Assembly: GCA_964019425.1 (NCBI GenBank) | Contig: OZ025800.1 | Location: 186,001-250,000 of the forward strand | Source of the DNA: Flectonema sp. DT1601 | Lineage: Eukaryota | Length of the DNA: 64,000 nt | Direction: 5' to 3' | Shown: in pieces, positions 35,157 to 46,460 of the stretch | Numbering within the stretch: the first letter of the stretch is position 1 | Layout: each line of letters opens with the position of its first letter | Translations under genes and position numbers: made by a program | The notes under the pieces: model-generated | Seen by the model: the letters and a program-made list of their open reading frames with translations, nothing else | What the model was told of the DNA's origin: nothing | The model's database searches: none

Positions 35157-38100
35157 TTAAATTAAATGGTGATCACTTGACGATTCAACCTTTAACTCCA
35201 TTGTTGGTGGCATCGTCACTTCCAGGACCCCATTTGCGTTTCTCCTTTTTTTCACTAACAATACAACACCAATAGCAAGAAACATCACGCCGCATGTTGC
35301 ACCCGCTGTGAGAGCGATAACCCATGCTGGTATGCTGTCGTTTGAATCATTTGGGGAATTATTTACACTCTTCTGAATGGTTGCGTTTTCTAGAATGAAT
35401 GCGTAACCGTCACCGTTGTTAGAAAAAGACCCTTCGTTGGTTGTCGCCAGCTTGCTTGCCTGCTTGAGTTCGTTGATTGCTATTTCACTGTTGGTTTCGA
35501 AATCTACAAAAACATGTTCATGTTCTCCAATTCTGGACTGCGAAGATCCACTGAGAAGCGAACCCCTGGCCTTTGTGTCAAATTCTATAATGTCGGATTC
35601 CTCTGACCAAAGCACACTAACTCTGATTCCATGTTCCTGTAAGTTCTTTGTTGGAGGTAGGTCTCCATTGCTCATAACCCAACCGATAAACTTTATCTTC
35701 AACAATGATGGATTGTTCAGCAGTGTCGCTGATGCCCTAATTAGAGTTTGCTGCATGTGTTTGTGAAAGCGCTTTGGGTTCGACTGTACCATACTAAAAG
35801 CACCTCTGAAACTGATACGGAAATCGATGTCTGATGACTCGTGAAAGAAAGGATCCGTGCATCGAAGCCCCTTTAACTCACAACAGTATTGAGAATGCTC
35901 CATTGATAGTAGTTGTGGACTGTTGCAATCAACAGGACAAGCAATGTTAAATTCACTGCAACACCAATTCTGTTGTTCTGAGGACCACACACTTGCCGTT
36001 GTTGTAAAGCAATCGAACTTTTCTGAATGACATCCCACACCTACTCTGTTGCAGCACTCTTGTTTGTCAAATAGAGTATCTTTCAGCTGCGCAGTTCTAC
36101 ACTTATGATACAGCTCGATATCAATTTTAGGCGGACAGTTGATGTTTTCAGCCGCGCAGCAGTACTGACGCTTTGTTTCTGACCAGGGGAGCCTTTGACC
36201 ATCGGAGCAGTCAGGCTTCTCTTCAACAGGACATCCAATATTGTAATGTTTGCAACACACATTTTGATTATCTTTATGGACCAACAGGTCCTCAACTCGA
36301 GTTCCAAATAACTGACTTTTCAAGGTGCAATCATACTCTGGGATTGGGCATCCCATTTTTTGGTTGTCGCAGCACCATTGTCTCTGCTGAAAACCCCACA
36401 GTGTGGTTTCTGTTTTGCAACGATATCTGTCTCCCACAGCCTTGCAATATTCATTGTCCGTTGTACAGCAGTCTTCCATCTGCTCCTCTGACAAAGAGCG
36501 TGCATGAATACACTTCCCTGTAGTTGGTTTGTCAAGGCAAACTGGTTGACACTCTTTATCATCAGTACATGGCATACATCCTGAGCAAACCTTTTCTGGA
36601 GGGCATCGACCCGTTGGCGAGCAAAGAATAGCAGATTTCCGGTCGGATTGACATTTTGGAGAATATTGGCAAGTCCAGCGTTTCTCAGCCTCAGAGGCAT
36701 CTTCTGCGCAAACAAGAGGACTGACACACGACGAGCTTCTATCAAAGGAGTTAAAACCAGCAGTCTTGCAAACATCACCCTCTTCCATTACCTTCTTGAC
36801 ACACACTCCTGGAATATCAGCAATCTTTTCGTTGTAAGCACATTCAAAATCTGGATGACAGGCTTCCGAAAAACAAATCATGGTGTACCCCCCACAGTAC
36901 TCACCCTCGTGCGAATAAGGAACACAGGCCTTTTGGTTATCATAGTCACACCCACCCTTACTGTCAACAACCTGTCTGCAGTGTTTAGTGTTGGAACAGT
37001 CATCATTGCTTTCACACGGTTCTGGGACCCGACAAGTTTGGACATCATCAAGGGAATCTTTAGTATCGCAGATAAGTCCAACAGGGCAGTCGTATCTTCG
37101 CGACACTTCCTTTCCAAAGCAAACGTCGCCCTCTGCAAGCTTTCGCGGCGGGGTTGGTGTCAACAGCTGACAACTCCATTCTCCATTTAGGGTTCCATCT
37201 CTCGGAGAGCATGTAAGCCCAACTTCACACCTGCGTTGAGCAGCAAGCTGTCCAGCAGCTTTGCATGTATCCCCCAGAGCCAATGCTTCAGATGGATCCT
37301 GACAGGTACCCGGCGCATCGGCAATGAATTCATTGTAGATGCATTTAAGGTTCGGGTGGCAAGTCTTTGCGAAGCAGGCCGGCATGAAGCCACCGCACGA
37401 TTCTCCCTTCGATGCGTATCTCACACAACCTTTTGGACCAGTTCGTTCACAACTTCCATTAGGACCTGGAGTTTGGCGACAAACGTGGGACTTGATACAA
37501 TCCTTGTCAGTGTGACATTCTTCAGGTTGCTGGCAGGTGTATCGATTGCTGTCCAAAGCATCACAAACAAGACCCGAGTCGCAGTCGTATTCACGGTTGA
37601 TGTCTGCGGTTTTGCAGACCTCTCCTTCTCCGAGCTTGATGGAAGTAGATGCTTTCGTACAAACCCATGAACCCTCAGCATTGCTGAGTTGCAATGACTT
37701 ACAAACTAATCCATCACCACACGACGAGCTTCTATCAAAGGAGTTAAAACCAGCAGTCTTGCAAACATCACCCTCTTCCATTACCTTCTTGACACACACT
37801 CCTGGAATATCAGCAATCTTTTCGTTGTAAGCACATTCAAAATCTGGATGACAGGCTTCCGAAAAACAAATCATGGTGTACCCCCCACAGTACTCACCCT
37901 CGTGCGAATAAGGAACACAAGCCTTTTGGTTATCATAGTCACACCCACCCTTACTGTCAACAACCTGTCTGCAGTGTTTAGTGTTGGAACAGTCATCATT
38001 GCTTTCACACGGTTCTGGGACCCGACAAGTTTGGACATCATCAAGGGAATCTTTAGTATCGCAGATAAGTCCAACAGGGCAGTCGTATCTTCGCGACACT

Positions 38101-41100
38101 TCCTTTCCAAAGCAAACGTCGCCCTCTGCAAGCTTTCGCGGCGGGGTTGGTGTCAACAGCTGACAACTCCATTCTCCATTTAGGGTTCCATCTCTCGGAG
38201 AGCATGTAAGCCCAACTTCACACCTGCGTTGAGCAGCAAGCTGTCCAGCAGCTTTGCATGTATCCCCCAGAGCCAATGCTTCAGATGGATCCTGACAGGT
38301 ACCCGGCGCATCGGCAATGAATTCATTGTAGATGCATTTAAGGTTCGGGTGGCAAGTCTTTGCGAAGCAGGCCGGCATGAAGCCACCGCACGATTCTCCC
38401 TTCGATGCGTATCTCACACAACCTTTTGGACCAGTTCGTTCACAACTTCCATTAGGACCTGGAGTTTGGCGACAAACGTGGGACTTGATACAATCCTTGT
38501 CAGTGTGACATTCTTCAGGTTGCTGGCAGGTGTATCGATTGCTGTCCAAAGCATCACAAACAAGACCCGAGTCGCAGTCGTATTCACGGTTGATGTCTGC
38601 GGTTTTGCAGACCTCTCCTTCTCCGAGCTTGATGGAAGTAGATGCTTTCGTACAAACCCATGAACCCTCAGCATTGCTGAGTTGCAATGACTTACAAACT
38701 AATCCATCACCACACGACGAGCTTCTATCAAAGGAGTTAAAACCAGCAGTCTTGCAAACATCACCCTCTTCCATTACCTTCTTGACACACACTCCTGGAA
38801 TATCAGCAATCTTTTCGTTGTAAGCACATTCAAAATCTGGATGACAGGCTTCCGAAAAACAAATCATGGTGTACCCCCCACAGTACTCACCCTCGTGCGA
38901 ATAAGGAACACAAGCCTTTTGGTTATCATAGTCACACCCACCCTTACTGTCAACAACCTGTCTGCAGTGTTTAGTGTTGGAACAGTCATCATTGCTTTCA
39001 CACGGTTCTGGGACCCGACAAGTTTGGACATCATCAAGGGAATCTTTAGTATCGCAGATAAGTCCAACAGGGCAGTCGTATCTTCGCGACACTTCCTTTC
39101 CAAAGCAAACGTCGCCCTCTGCAAGCTTTCGCGGCGGGGTTGGTGTCAACAGCTGACAACTCCATTCTCCATTTAGGGTTCCATCTCTCGGAGAGCATGT
39201 AAGCCCAACTTCACACCTGCGTTGAGCAGCAAGCTGTCCAGCAGCTTTGCATGTATCCCCCAGAGCCAATGCTTCAGATGGATCCTGACAGGTACCCGGC
39301 GCATCGGCAATGAATTCATTGTAGATGCATTTAAGGTTCGGGTGGCAAGTCTTTGCGAAGCAGGCCGGCATGAAGCCACCGCACGATTCTCCCTTCGATG
39401 CGTATCTCACACAACCTTTTGGACCAGTTCGTTCACAACTTCCATTAGGACCTGGAGTTTGGCGACAAACGTGGGACTTGATACAATCCTTGTCAGTGTG
39501 ACATTCTTCAGGTTGCTGGCAGGTGTATCGATTGCTGTCCAAAGCATCACAAACAAGACCCGAGTCGCAGTCGTATTCACGGTTGATGTCTGCGGTTTTG
39601 CAGACTTCTCCTTCTCCGAGCTTGAGATTGATGGAAGTGGCGCAGATCCAAGGAACCTCTCCACCAGGAGCAGCGACATCTTCCCTTGGCTTACATAGCA
39701 ATCCCTCAGCGCACATATTTCTCTTGTCCATAATGAATCCGCTTTCAACGCCACCAGATTTACAAACCTCACCTTCTTTCAGAATCTCAGCTACTTGACA
39801 AATCCAGTCACTACTTGGTGCAACTAAACAGGATAATCCCTTGTCGCATCTGTGTGACAGGTCGAATCCTTCGAAATGACTGACATCATAATTACGTGTC
39901 TTGCACACCTCACCCTTCTGAATGATGTCACGTACACAAACACCCGGACCATCAACTTGCTGCTGATCTCCTTCACAAGTCATTCCTAACTCGCATCGGG
40001 TTACCATGCAATACGGAACAAATCCTCCGCACTGAGAGTTGATTTCTGTCCGTTTACTGCAAACACCTTTTCCACTGTACGGTTCTTCACAGAAACCTGT
40101 TGATCGTAAGATGAGGGGTTTGCAGAATTCAGTATTCTCAATGCACTCACCGTCTGTAGAACAACTTGTCATGCATATCCATTTACCATTTTTAATATCA
40201 GCGAATGATTGAGGCTGGCACAGCAATCCGGAATCGCATTCGGCACCAACTTCACAGAAGTCTCCCAACTTACCAGCCGAAGAAAAAGATTGCTTGCAGA
40301 CCCAGTCGCCGTCACCGTCACGTAGCGCAGGCTGGCAAGATAACCCACTTTTACATCTTTTAGAAAGATCATATCCGATATATCCTCCGATTTTATAATC
40401 CCGAGTCTTGCACACCTCACCCTTCTGAATGATGTCACGTACACAAACACCTGAACCATCAACTTGCTGCTGCTCTCCTTCACAAGTCATTCCTAATCCG
40501 CATTTGGTTTCGAAGCAGGGCGGGGAGTATCCCCCACAACGAGAGTTGAATTCTAATCGCTTGATGCAAACGCGTTCGCGAAGCTGATTTTGAAAGTCAC
40601 AATCTCCCGTTGGCAAGAAGGCTGCTTTGCAAAATTCGAATCTCTCATCGCAGTCAGCGTCAGAATTACATCTCGACTTGCACACCCATTGGTCACTTGG
40701 GTAAAGTTGAGGTTGGCAAGACAGTCCTGAGTCACATTTCGGCTCACTCGCATCGCAATGATCTCCAAGTTGCGGTGGCTGGGAAAAAGGACAACCCATA
40801 TTACGAACTTCACAACACCACTTGGTCTTCACTTCAGTCCACAGTTCACGAGTTTTGCAGTTGTAGCTGCACTCGTTCATAATTGAGCAGCACCACATTG
40901 ATTTCTTAATGGACCATTCTTCATCTGTTTGACAATCAAAGTCACAAATATGTTCTTCCTTACAACACCATGATTTCTTTTCATCTGACCATGATGTAGT
41001 GGACTTACAGTCGAAGTAACATTCTACATCTCCCGCAGCACTGACACGACAGTCTCTATCTTTGCAATTGTCACCACAAAGAGACTGCGCCGTGACACTT

Positions 41101-41138
41101 ACTAATAAAAGAGCCACAATTACCTCTCTCATCTTCAT
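35157..41138 (-). CDS. Large Cys-rich type I membrane (surface) protein with internal tandem repeats
   Basis: 1993 aa. Signal peptide MREVIVALLLVSVTA; many GExC...C..GLxC and WCC-x5-C modules; TM helix WVIALTAGATCGVMFLAIGVVLLV followed by KKRR. Confidence 0.9.
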   Translation of the reverse strand: MKMREVIVALLLVSVTAQSLCGDNCKDRDCRVSAAGDVECYFDCKSTTSWSDEKKSWCCKEEHICDFDCQTDEEWSIKKSMWCCSIMNECSYNCKTRELWTEVKTKWCCEVRNMGCPFSQPPQLGDHCDASEPKCDSGLSCQPQLYPSDQWVCKSRCNSDADCDERFEFCKAAFLPTGDCDFQNQLRERVCIKRLEFNSRCGGYSPPCFETKCGLGMTCEGEQQQVDGSGVCVRDIIQKGEVCKTRDYKIGGYIGYDLSKRCKSGLSCQPALRDGDGDWVCKQSFSSAGKLGDFCEVGAECDSGLLCQPQSFADIKNGKWICMTSCSTDGECIENTEFCKPLILRSTGFCEEPYSGKGVCSKRTEINSQCGGFVPYCMVTRCELGMTCEGDQQQVDGPGVCVRDIIQKGEVCKTRNYDVSHFEGFDLSHRCDKGLSCLVAPSSDWICQVAEILKEGEVCKSGGVESGFIMDKRNMCAEGLLCKPREDVAAPGGEVPWICATSINLKLGEGEVCKTADINREYDCDSGLVCDALDSNRYTCQQPEECHTDKDCIKSHVCRQTPGPNGSCERTGPKGCVRYASKGESCGGFMPACFAKTCHPNLKCIYNEFIADAPGTCQDPSEALALGDTCKAAGQLAAQRRCEVGLTCSPRDGTLNGEWSCQLLTPTPPRKLAEGDVCFGKEVSRRYDCPVGLICDTKDSLDDVQTCRVPEPCESNDDCSNTKHCRQVVDSKGGCDYDNQKACVPYSHEGEYCGGYTMICFSEACHPDFECAYNEKIADIPGVCVKKVMEEGDVCKTAGFNSFDRSSSCGDGLVCKSLQLSNAEGSWVCTKASTSIKLGEGEVCKTADINREYDCDSGLVCDALDSNRYTCQQPEECHTDKDCIKSHVCRQTPGPNGSCERTGPKGCVRYASKGESCGGFMPACFAKTCHPNLKCIYNEFIADAPGTCQDPSEALALGDTCKAAGQLAAQRRCEVGLTCSPRDGTLNGEWSCQLLTPTPPRKLAEGDVCFGKEVSRRYDCPVGLICDTKDSLDDVQTCRVPEPCESNDDCSNTKHCRQVVDSKGGCDYDNQKACVPYSHEGEYCGGYTMICFSEACHPDFECAYNEKIADIPGVCVKKVMEEGDVCKTAGFNSFDRSSSCGDGLVCKSLQLSNAEGSWVCTKASTSIKLGEGEVCKTADINREYDCDSGLVCDALDSNRYTCQQPEECHTDKDCIKSHVCRQTPGPNGSCERTGPKGCVRYASKGESCGGFMPACFAKTCHPNLKCIYNEFIADAPGTCQDPSEALALGDTCKAAGQLAAQRRCEVGLTCSPRDGTLNGEWSCQLLTPTPPRKLAEGDVCFGKEVSRRYDCPVGLICDTKDSLDDVQTCRVPEPCESNDDCSNTKHCRQVVDSKGGCDYDNQKACVPYSHEGEYCGGYTMICFSEACHPDFECAYNEKIADIPGVCVKKVMEEGDVCKTAGFNSFDRSSSCVSPLVCAEDASEAEKRWTCQYSPKCQSDRKSAILCSPTGRCPPEKVCSGCMPCTDDKECQPVCLDKPTTGKCIHARSLSEEQMEDCCTTDNEYCKAVGDRYRCKTETTLWGFQQRQWCCDNQKMGCPIPEYDCTLKSQLFGTRVEDLLVHKDNQNVCCKHYNIGCPVEEKPDCSDGQRLPWSETKRQYCCAAENINCPPKIDIELYHKCRTAQLKDTLFDKQECCNRVGVGCHSEKFDCFTTTASVWSSEQQNWCCSEFNIACPVDCNSPQLLSMEHSQYCCELKGLRCTDPFFHESSDIDFRISFRGAFSMVQSNPKRFHKHMQQTLIRASATLLNNPSLLKIKFIGWVMSNGDLPPTKNLQEHGIRVSVLWSEESDIIEFDTKARGSLLSGSSQSRIGEHEHVFVDFETNSEIAINELKQASKLATTNEGSFSNNGDGYAFILENATIQKSVNNSPNDSNDSIPAWVIALTAGATCGVMFLAIGVVLLVKKRRNANGVLEVTMPPTMELKVESSSDHHLI
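36725..39623. repeat. ~2.9 copies of a near-identical 993-bp (331-aa) coding tandem repeat
   Basis: CACACGACGAGCTTCTATC at 36725, 37718 and 38711; the ORF track repeats with a 993-bp period. Confidence 0.95.
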
Positions 41139-41388
41139 GTGTTGTTTTTAGCTGTAAATAAATAAAATGGTAAGCCAGCTTGTGGTAACACGTGTTTGGT
41201 ACTTTAGCAAACACATTTGTATTTACGTAATTAAAATAATATGACAGTTGTCAGCCCTGAAGTAGATAAATAACAATCAAAGTGTATGTGACGAACTCAG
41301 AAAAACAAAGACTCTATTACTCAAGGGGGATTGAACCCGCAAGCAAGAACTAACTACTTAACTTATCAAAGAAACAAAAAAGGAGGGG

Positions 41389-43960
41389 TAATTTGATACT
41401 GCATTTTCAAGCTCAAAAGGAACAACAATTTCTCCGACAATCTTGACTGTCAGCGGCAGCGTAGTAAATGACTGCAAATATATAAATAATACCACTGGAG
41501 GCCACGTGAACATAGTTGAGCGCCACTTGCCTATGTTACCGTAACAGCTTTTTATAAAACTCATGAGTACTTAATTAATACATTATATTGTCTTGAAAAT
41601 TAACCATAGAAAAAGACGAACACCAGGAAGGGGGGCGGCTCTTTGTCAATAGCCGTATATACTGGTATTTGATGATACGAAAACTGTATTAAAAGTAGTT
41701 CAAGATGGCGAAACACGTTGTGAAATAAATAAACGTAGCACATCTCACTACTAACAAAAAACCTAAAACAAAAAGGAAACGTGATAACCCGCATATACGG
41801 TCAACAGCCGGTAAGTGGCAAAGTGCCATTCCCTCGCTACACTCCACTCCCCCTAGCTGTCACAAATGTAAATCAAAATGCCCTTCATGGCTAGTCACTA
41901 CAATTAAACTTCCCGGGGGCGACGGGATTGGAAATAAAAGAGGGAAAAGAAAGATTGTCTTCGATCATGCCGCTCCAAAATTAAAAAAGGGGCGAGCAAA
42001 ACATCCTCATAATTCACACAGGGAGAGGGGGACACCACGCGGACTAGCCGCCGTTTTTTTGCTAATTTTGTCCCTTGGGAAGTGCATTAAACTTGTCCAC
42101 TTCAACGGTGGATAGCACGCACAGTCTCCCGTTCCTGCCCAGACCTAGGCAAAGTGTGTAACTTTAAACGTGGGTTGCATAAATAATTAGGAAAGCAACA
42201 CTGGATGAGTGGTCAGTTGTACATAGGCACAATATGGTATACACTGCTCCACGCCAGTACAGAGATACCGGGGTACAGTGCAAAGAGGGGTAATTTGATA
42301 CTGCATTTTCAAGCTCAAAAGGAACAACAATTTCTCCGACAATCTTGACTGTCAGCGGCAGCGTAGTAAATGACTGCAAATATATAAATAATACCACTGG
42401 AGGCCACGTGAACATAGTTGAGCGCCACTTGCCTATGTTACCGTAACAGCTTTTTATAAAACTCATGAGTACTTAATTAATACATTATATTGTCTTGAAA
42501 ATTAACCATAGAAAAAGACGAACACCAGGAAGGGGGGCGGCTCTTTGTCAATAGCCGTATATACTGGTATTTGATGATACGAAAACTGTATTAAAAGTAG
42601 TTCAAGATGGCGAAACACGTTGTGAAATAAATAAACGTAGCACATCTCACTACTAACAAAAAACCTAAAACAAAAAGGAAACGTGATAACCCGCATATAC
42701 GGTCAACAGCCGGTAAGTGGCAAAGTGCCATTCCCTCGCTACACTCCACTCCCCCTAGCTGTCACAAATGTAAATCAAAATGCCCTTCATGGCTAGTCAC
42801 TACAATTAAACTTCCCGGGGGCGACGGGATTGGAAATAAAAGAGGGAAAAGAAAGATTGTCTTCGATCATGCCGCTCCAAAATTAAAAAAGGGGCGAGCA
42901 AAACATCCTCATAATTCACACAGGGAGAGGGGGACACCACGCGGACTAGCCGCCGTTTTTTTGCTAATTTTGTCCCTTGGGAAGTGCATTAAACTTGTCC
43001 ACTTCAACGGTGGATAGCACGCACAGTCTCCCGTTCCTGCCCAGACCTAGGCAAAGTGTGTAACTTTAAACGTGGGTTGCATAAATAATTAGGAAAGCAA
43101 CACTGGATGAGTGGTCAGTTGTACATAGGCACAATATGGTATACACTGCTCCACGCCAGTACAGAGATACCGGGGTACAGTGCAAAGAGGGGTAATTTGA
43201 TACTGCATTTTCAAGCTCAAAAGGAACAACAATTTCTCCGACAATCTTGACTGTCAGCGGCAGCGTAGTAAATGACTGCAAATATATAAATAATACCACT
43301 GGAGGCCACGTGAACATAGTTGAGCGCCACTTGCCTATGTTACCGTAACAGCTTTTTATAAAACTCATGAGTACTTAATTAATACATTATATTGTCTTGA
43401 AAATTAACCATAGAAAAAGACGAACACCAGGAAGGGGGGCGGCTCTTTGTCAATAGCCGTATATACTGGTATTTGATGATACGAAAACTGTATTAAAAGT
43501 AGTTCAAGATGGCGAAACACGTTGTGAAATAAATAAACGTAGCACATCTCACTACTAACAAAAAACCTAAAACAAAAAGGAAACGTGATAACCCGCATAT
43601 ACGGTCAACAGCCGGTAAGTGGCAAAGTGCCATTCCCTCGCTACACTCCACTCCCCCTAGCTGTCACAAATGTAAATCAAAATGCCCTTCATGGCTAGTC
43701 ACTACAATTAAACTTCCCGGGGGCGACGGGATTGGAAATAAAAGAGGGAAAAGAAAGATTGTCTTCGATCATGCCGCTCCAAAATTAAAAAAGGGGCGAG
43801 CAAAACATCCTCATAATTCACACAGGGAGAGGGGGACACCACGCGGACTAGCCGCCGTTTTTTTGCTAATTTTGTCCCTTGGGAAGTGCATTAAACTTGT
43901 CCACTTCAACGGTGGATAGCACGCACAGTCTCCCGTTCCTGCCCAGACCTAGGCAAAGTG
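41389..43960. repeat. ~2.85 copies of an apparently identical 902-bp non-coding unit, flanked by a 13-bp direct repeat
   Basis: TAATTTGATACTGC at 41389, 42291 and 43193; AAAAAAGGAGGGG at 41376-41388 and 43961-43973. Confidence 0.93.
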
Positions 43961-44091
43961 AAAAAAGGAGGGGGGAAAAAATTAAAGGGGATAGAAACTT
44001 TGCGTCACAAATATTTATACAAGTACAGAACGGGCGCTGCTTAATTTGGATTTTCCTTTTTCTTTTTTATATATGAATAGCAAGGCGCCCA

Positions 44092-44439
44092 TTACAATCC
44101 AGACATTGGGGGTACATAACCGTCTTCTCCTGCAGCGAAGGAAACCCTTTTTAGAGTAGTATTTGGGCTGACAGTTCTTCTGTATGGAACCAACGTTGCC
44201 TGCAATGGGTGAGTATGGTAGCCGCCACTCCAGACCTTTCGAGTTGGATATTTTCGATTGCTGCTTAAGTATTCCTCAATCTCTGCATCTAGTATGTCTG
44301 TTGCTTGAACTGGAGGAGACTCTAAGGCTGATAATATCCTGTCCTGTGTATGTTTTATTATTAGGATTGTACTTGTACTGGATAGAAATGTCACAGTCCA
44401 CACTAGGCACAATGATGAGGATAAAAACAGAACGAACAA
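44092..44439 (-). CDS. Small hypothetical protein with hydrophobic N-terminus (may be an exon of a larger gene)
   Basis: 115-aa ORF; no recognisable domain; non-ATG start in the ORF track. Confidence 0.35.
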   Translation of the reverse strand: MFVLFLSSSLCLVWTVTFLSSTSTILIIKHTQDRILSALESPPVQATDILDAEIEEYLSSNRKYPTRKVWSGGYHTHPLQATLVPYRRTVSPNTTLKRVSFAAGEDGYVPPMSGL

Positions 44440-44684
44440 TCTTGCTGAGAATAGGAAGCAGACAGAGCTAAGTTAGTAGGTAAGAAAATAGAATTCATAG
44501 CAGACTGCCGCCCCGGCGTTCATGCCTGACGTCTCAGGTACCTTGACTTTGTTCTTATGTCGAACAAATTGGGACGAAGCAGGCTACCGTTTTCGTTTAG
44601 GAGCAATACCAAACATATGAGTGTCAGGTTGACCTAGAAACAAAGGAACTGAAAATGGACACGAAGAAGATTGCCAAAAGATTT

Positions 44685-44999
44685 TCATACCTGTTCCTTC
44701 CTGCCTTCATCAAGCTGTTGAAGTGACCTGCAAGATAGCTCAGCTTCTTCTCTAGCCTCCTGCAACGTAAGCGTTCTTTTGTACATCAGTGCAAGTGCAA
44801 TGGTCAAACAGATAATAATTAATAATATACTTACGAGGAACCAAATAGGGATCCTAACGTCTCCATCATCGTTTGCGGGTAAGATAATATTTTCGACGGG
44901 CTCACCACCAGTATCCGGAGTGTCGTTGGTGGTGTTGTCTTGGCAAACTGATGTCTTAATAGAAATTAACACCATCACCGCTACATTGATGCTTCTCAT
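44685..44999 (-). CDS. Small type I membrane protein
   Basis: Signal-like N-terminus, acidic ectodomain, TM IPIWFLVSILLIIICLTIALALMY followed by KR. A possible donor (CAG|GTATGA) at 44690 means the 3' end may be spliced. Confidence 0.65.
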   Translation of the reverse strand: MRSINVAVMVLISIKTSVCQDNTTNDTPDTGGEPVENIILPANDDGDVRIPIWFLVSILLIIICLTIALALMYKRTLTLQEAREEAELSCRSLQQLDEGRKEQV

Positions 45000-45274
45000 T
45001 GCTCTCTCTCTCTCTCACTCTATTCTGTACGACATTTAGTAAGAAAGAAATCCTGTTATTGGAAATAGTCATCACATTCTTCAGTAAAACACTCTTCTGA
45101 AGTAGAGTTCATCATAGCTTTCTGTCTCTGATAAAATAAAAGTTCAGAACATAAACAGATGCAAACTATCCAGACTATAAAATAATTAACAAGTTCTCGG
45201 TAGAGTAACTTACTAAGAGGTTAAAACAAATGTGTAAAAAGACTTTTAAAAAAAAAAAAAACAACGACTTTAAA

Positions 45275-46390
45275 TTAATGATGTCGAACTCTTGGTTGTT
45301 GACGCGGAAATAAAGGAACTAAAGTAGAGCTGTTTTGTTGTGGTCCTTTGTCGACCATCATAATAACGAACTCATTAAGTGTTAAGGTGTTTGATCCGTC
45401 AGCGTCGAAGAGAGTTAGCTTTTCAAGTGCGTATTCATCAGAGGGAGCGATACCAGAAATACTAGTAATCATCGCCTTTAGCTCTTGGAGATCAATAAAT
45501 CCGTTAGAGTCAGAGTCATATAAATAAAATATTTCCTTGATCTTCAGAATCTCACTGTCACTAAAAGCAATGTCATCGACCATTGATATAACTAAGAACG
45601 CTTCCCATGTAATTAACCCCATCAGATCAGCATTACATCTCTTTTTTAACCCTTCATAAAAAGCAACAGAGCGACTATCTAATTCATTCTCTCTTGACTG
45701 CATTCTCATGTTCTCCTTGTAGCCCTCGATTGCACATCTTTTTGGAATCTTTCCTTCGGTACCTTCACGTGTTACTAGTTCATTGTACATTCTCTTAAGA
45801 GCCCGTATTCGTATTGCTAGAGGGTGGTTGGTTGGGTTAGCACCAGTTACCTTTTTGCGTGCTTTCGCTGCTTGATTTTTACGAGTGTGATTTTTTATTG
45901 TTTCAATGATATTGGGTTTTAAGAATGTCCCTTCCATGTCAATACGTTGAATGCTTTGGTTGCTCGCAACTAAGTCGATTATATGCATGCCTGCCGTCCA
46001 AGAAATTGGATTTCCTGAAACGTCAATGGCTTCAACAGTTGGATGATCTCGTAGTGCCATTGAGATTGATCGAACAGCACCGTTATCTAGATAGTTGTTT
46101 TTTAATATTATCTTTCTCAATGTTTTTGATAGTCTGGCTACTTCCATGACAGGAATCATTCCTTTTGATCCAACCATGTTTGCAGTCAGATCTAAGCAAT
46201 CAATATCAAAGTCATCAGCCAGTAACGGAAGTTTTGCTGCCACACCAGAGTTTACTTTACATGCATGTTGCCTGCATAACATACTATATACATCTTTACA
46301 GGTCATTCCCTTATAGGGTTCCCGTCTCGTGTCCATATCCACTGCACAGCAGTGAGTAGCATCGCGTAGGTCTTCCTGGATCACAGGCAT
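45275..46390 (-). CDS. Leucine-rich-repeat (RNI-like) protein with C-terminal EF-hand pair
   Basis: LDLTANMVG, IILKNNYLD and IDVSGNPIS LRRs; DSDSNGFIDLQE and DADGSNTLTLNE EF-hands. Likely start MPVIQ at 46390 after an AG acceptor. Confidence 0.88.
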   Translation of the reverse strand: MPVIQEDLRDATHCCAVDMDTRREPYKGMTCKDVYSMLCRQHACKVNSGVAAKLPLLADDFDIDCLDLTANMVGSKGMIPVMEVARLSKTLRKIILKNNYLDNGAVRSISMALRDHPTVEAIDVSGNPISWTAGMHIIDLVASNQSIQRIDMEGTFLKPNIIETIKNHTRKNQAAKARKKVTGANPTNHPLAIRIRALKRMYNELVTREGTEGKIPKRCAIEGYKENMRMQSRENELDSRSVAFYEGLKKRCNADLMGLITWEAFLVISMVDDIAFSDSEILKIKEIFYLYDSDSNGFIDLQELKAMITSISGIAPSDEYALEKLTLFDADGSNTLTLNEFVIMMVDKGPQQNSSTLVPLFPRQQPRVRHH

Positions 46391-46460
46391 CTCTAGTGTA
46401 GTCTGAATTAAAATAATCAAATAAAAAAAAACTATAACAACTAACAAGTAATGCATTCTC

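Noticed and set aside
41669..41705. Hammerhead-like TTGATGA-TAC-GAAA...TC in the 902-bp unit
   Set aside because: C3 is missing, there is no stem II, and stem I does not pair; only stem III is plausible.
41389..43960. SL-RNA or 5S array, TRIM, or CRISPR interpretation; short ORFs in the unit
   Set aside because: No spliced-leader or 5S sequence recognised, no TG...CA LTR ends or 4-6-bp TSD, and no repeat-spacer pattern. The ORFs are short with no recognisable motifs.
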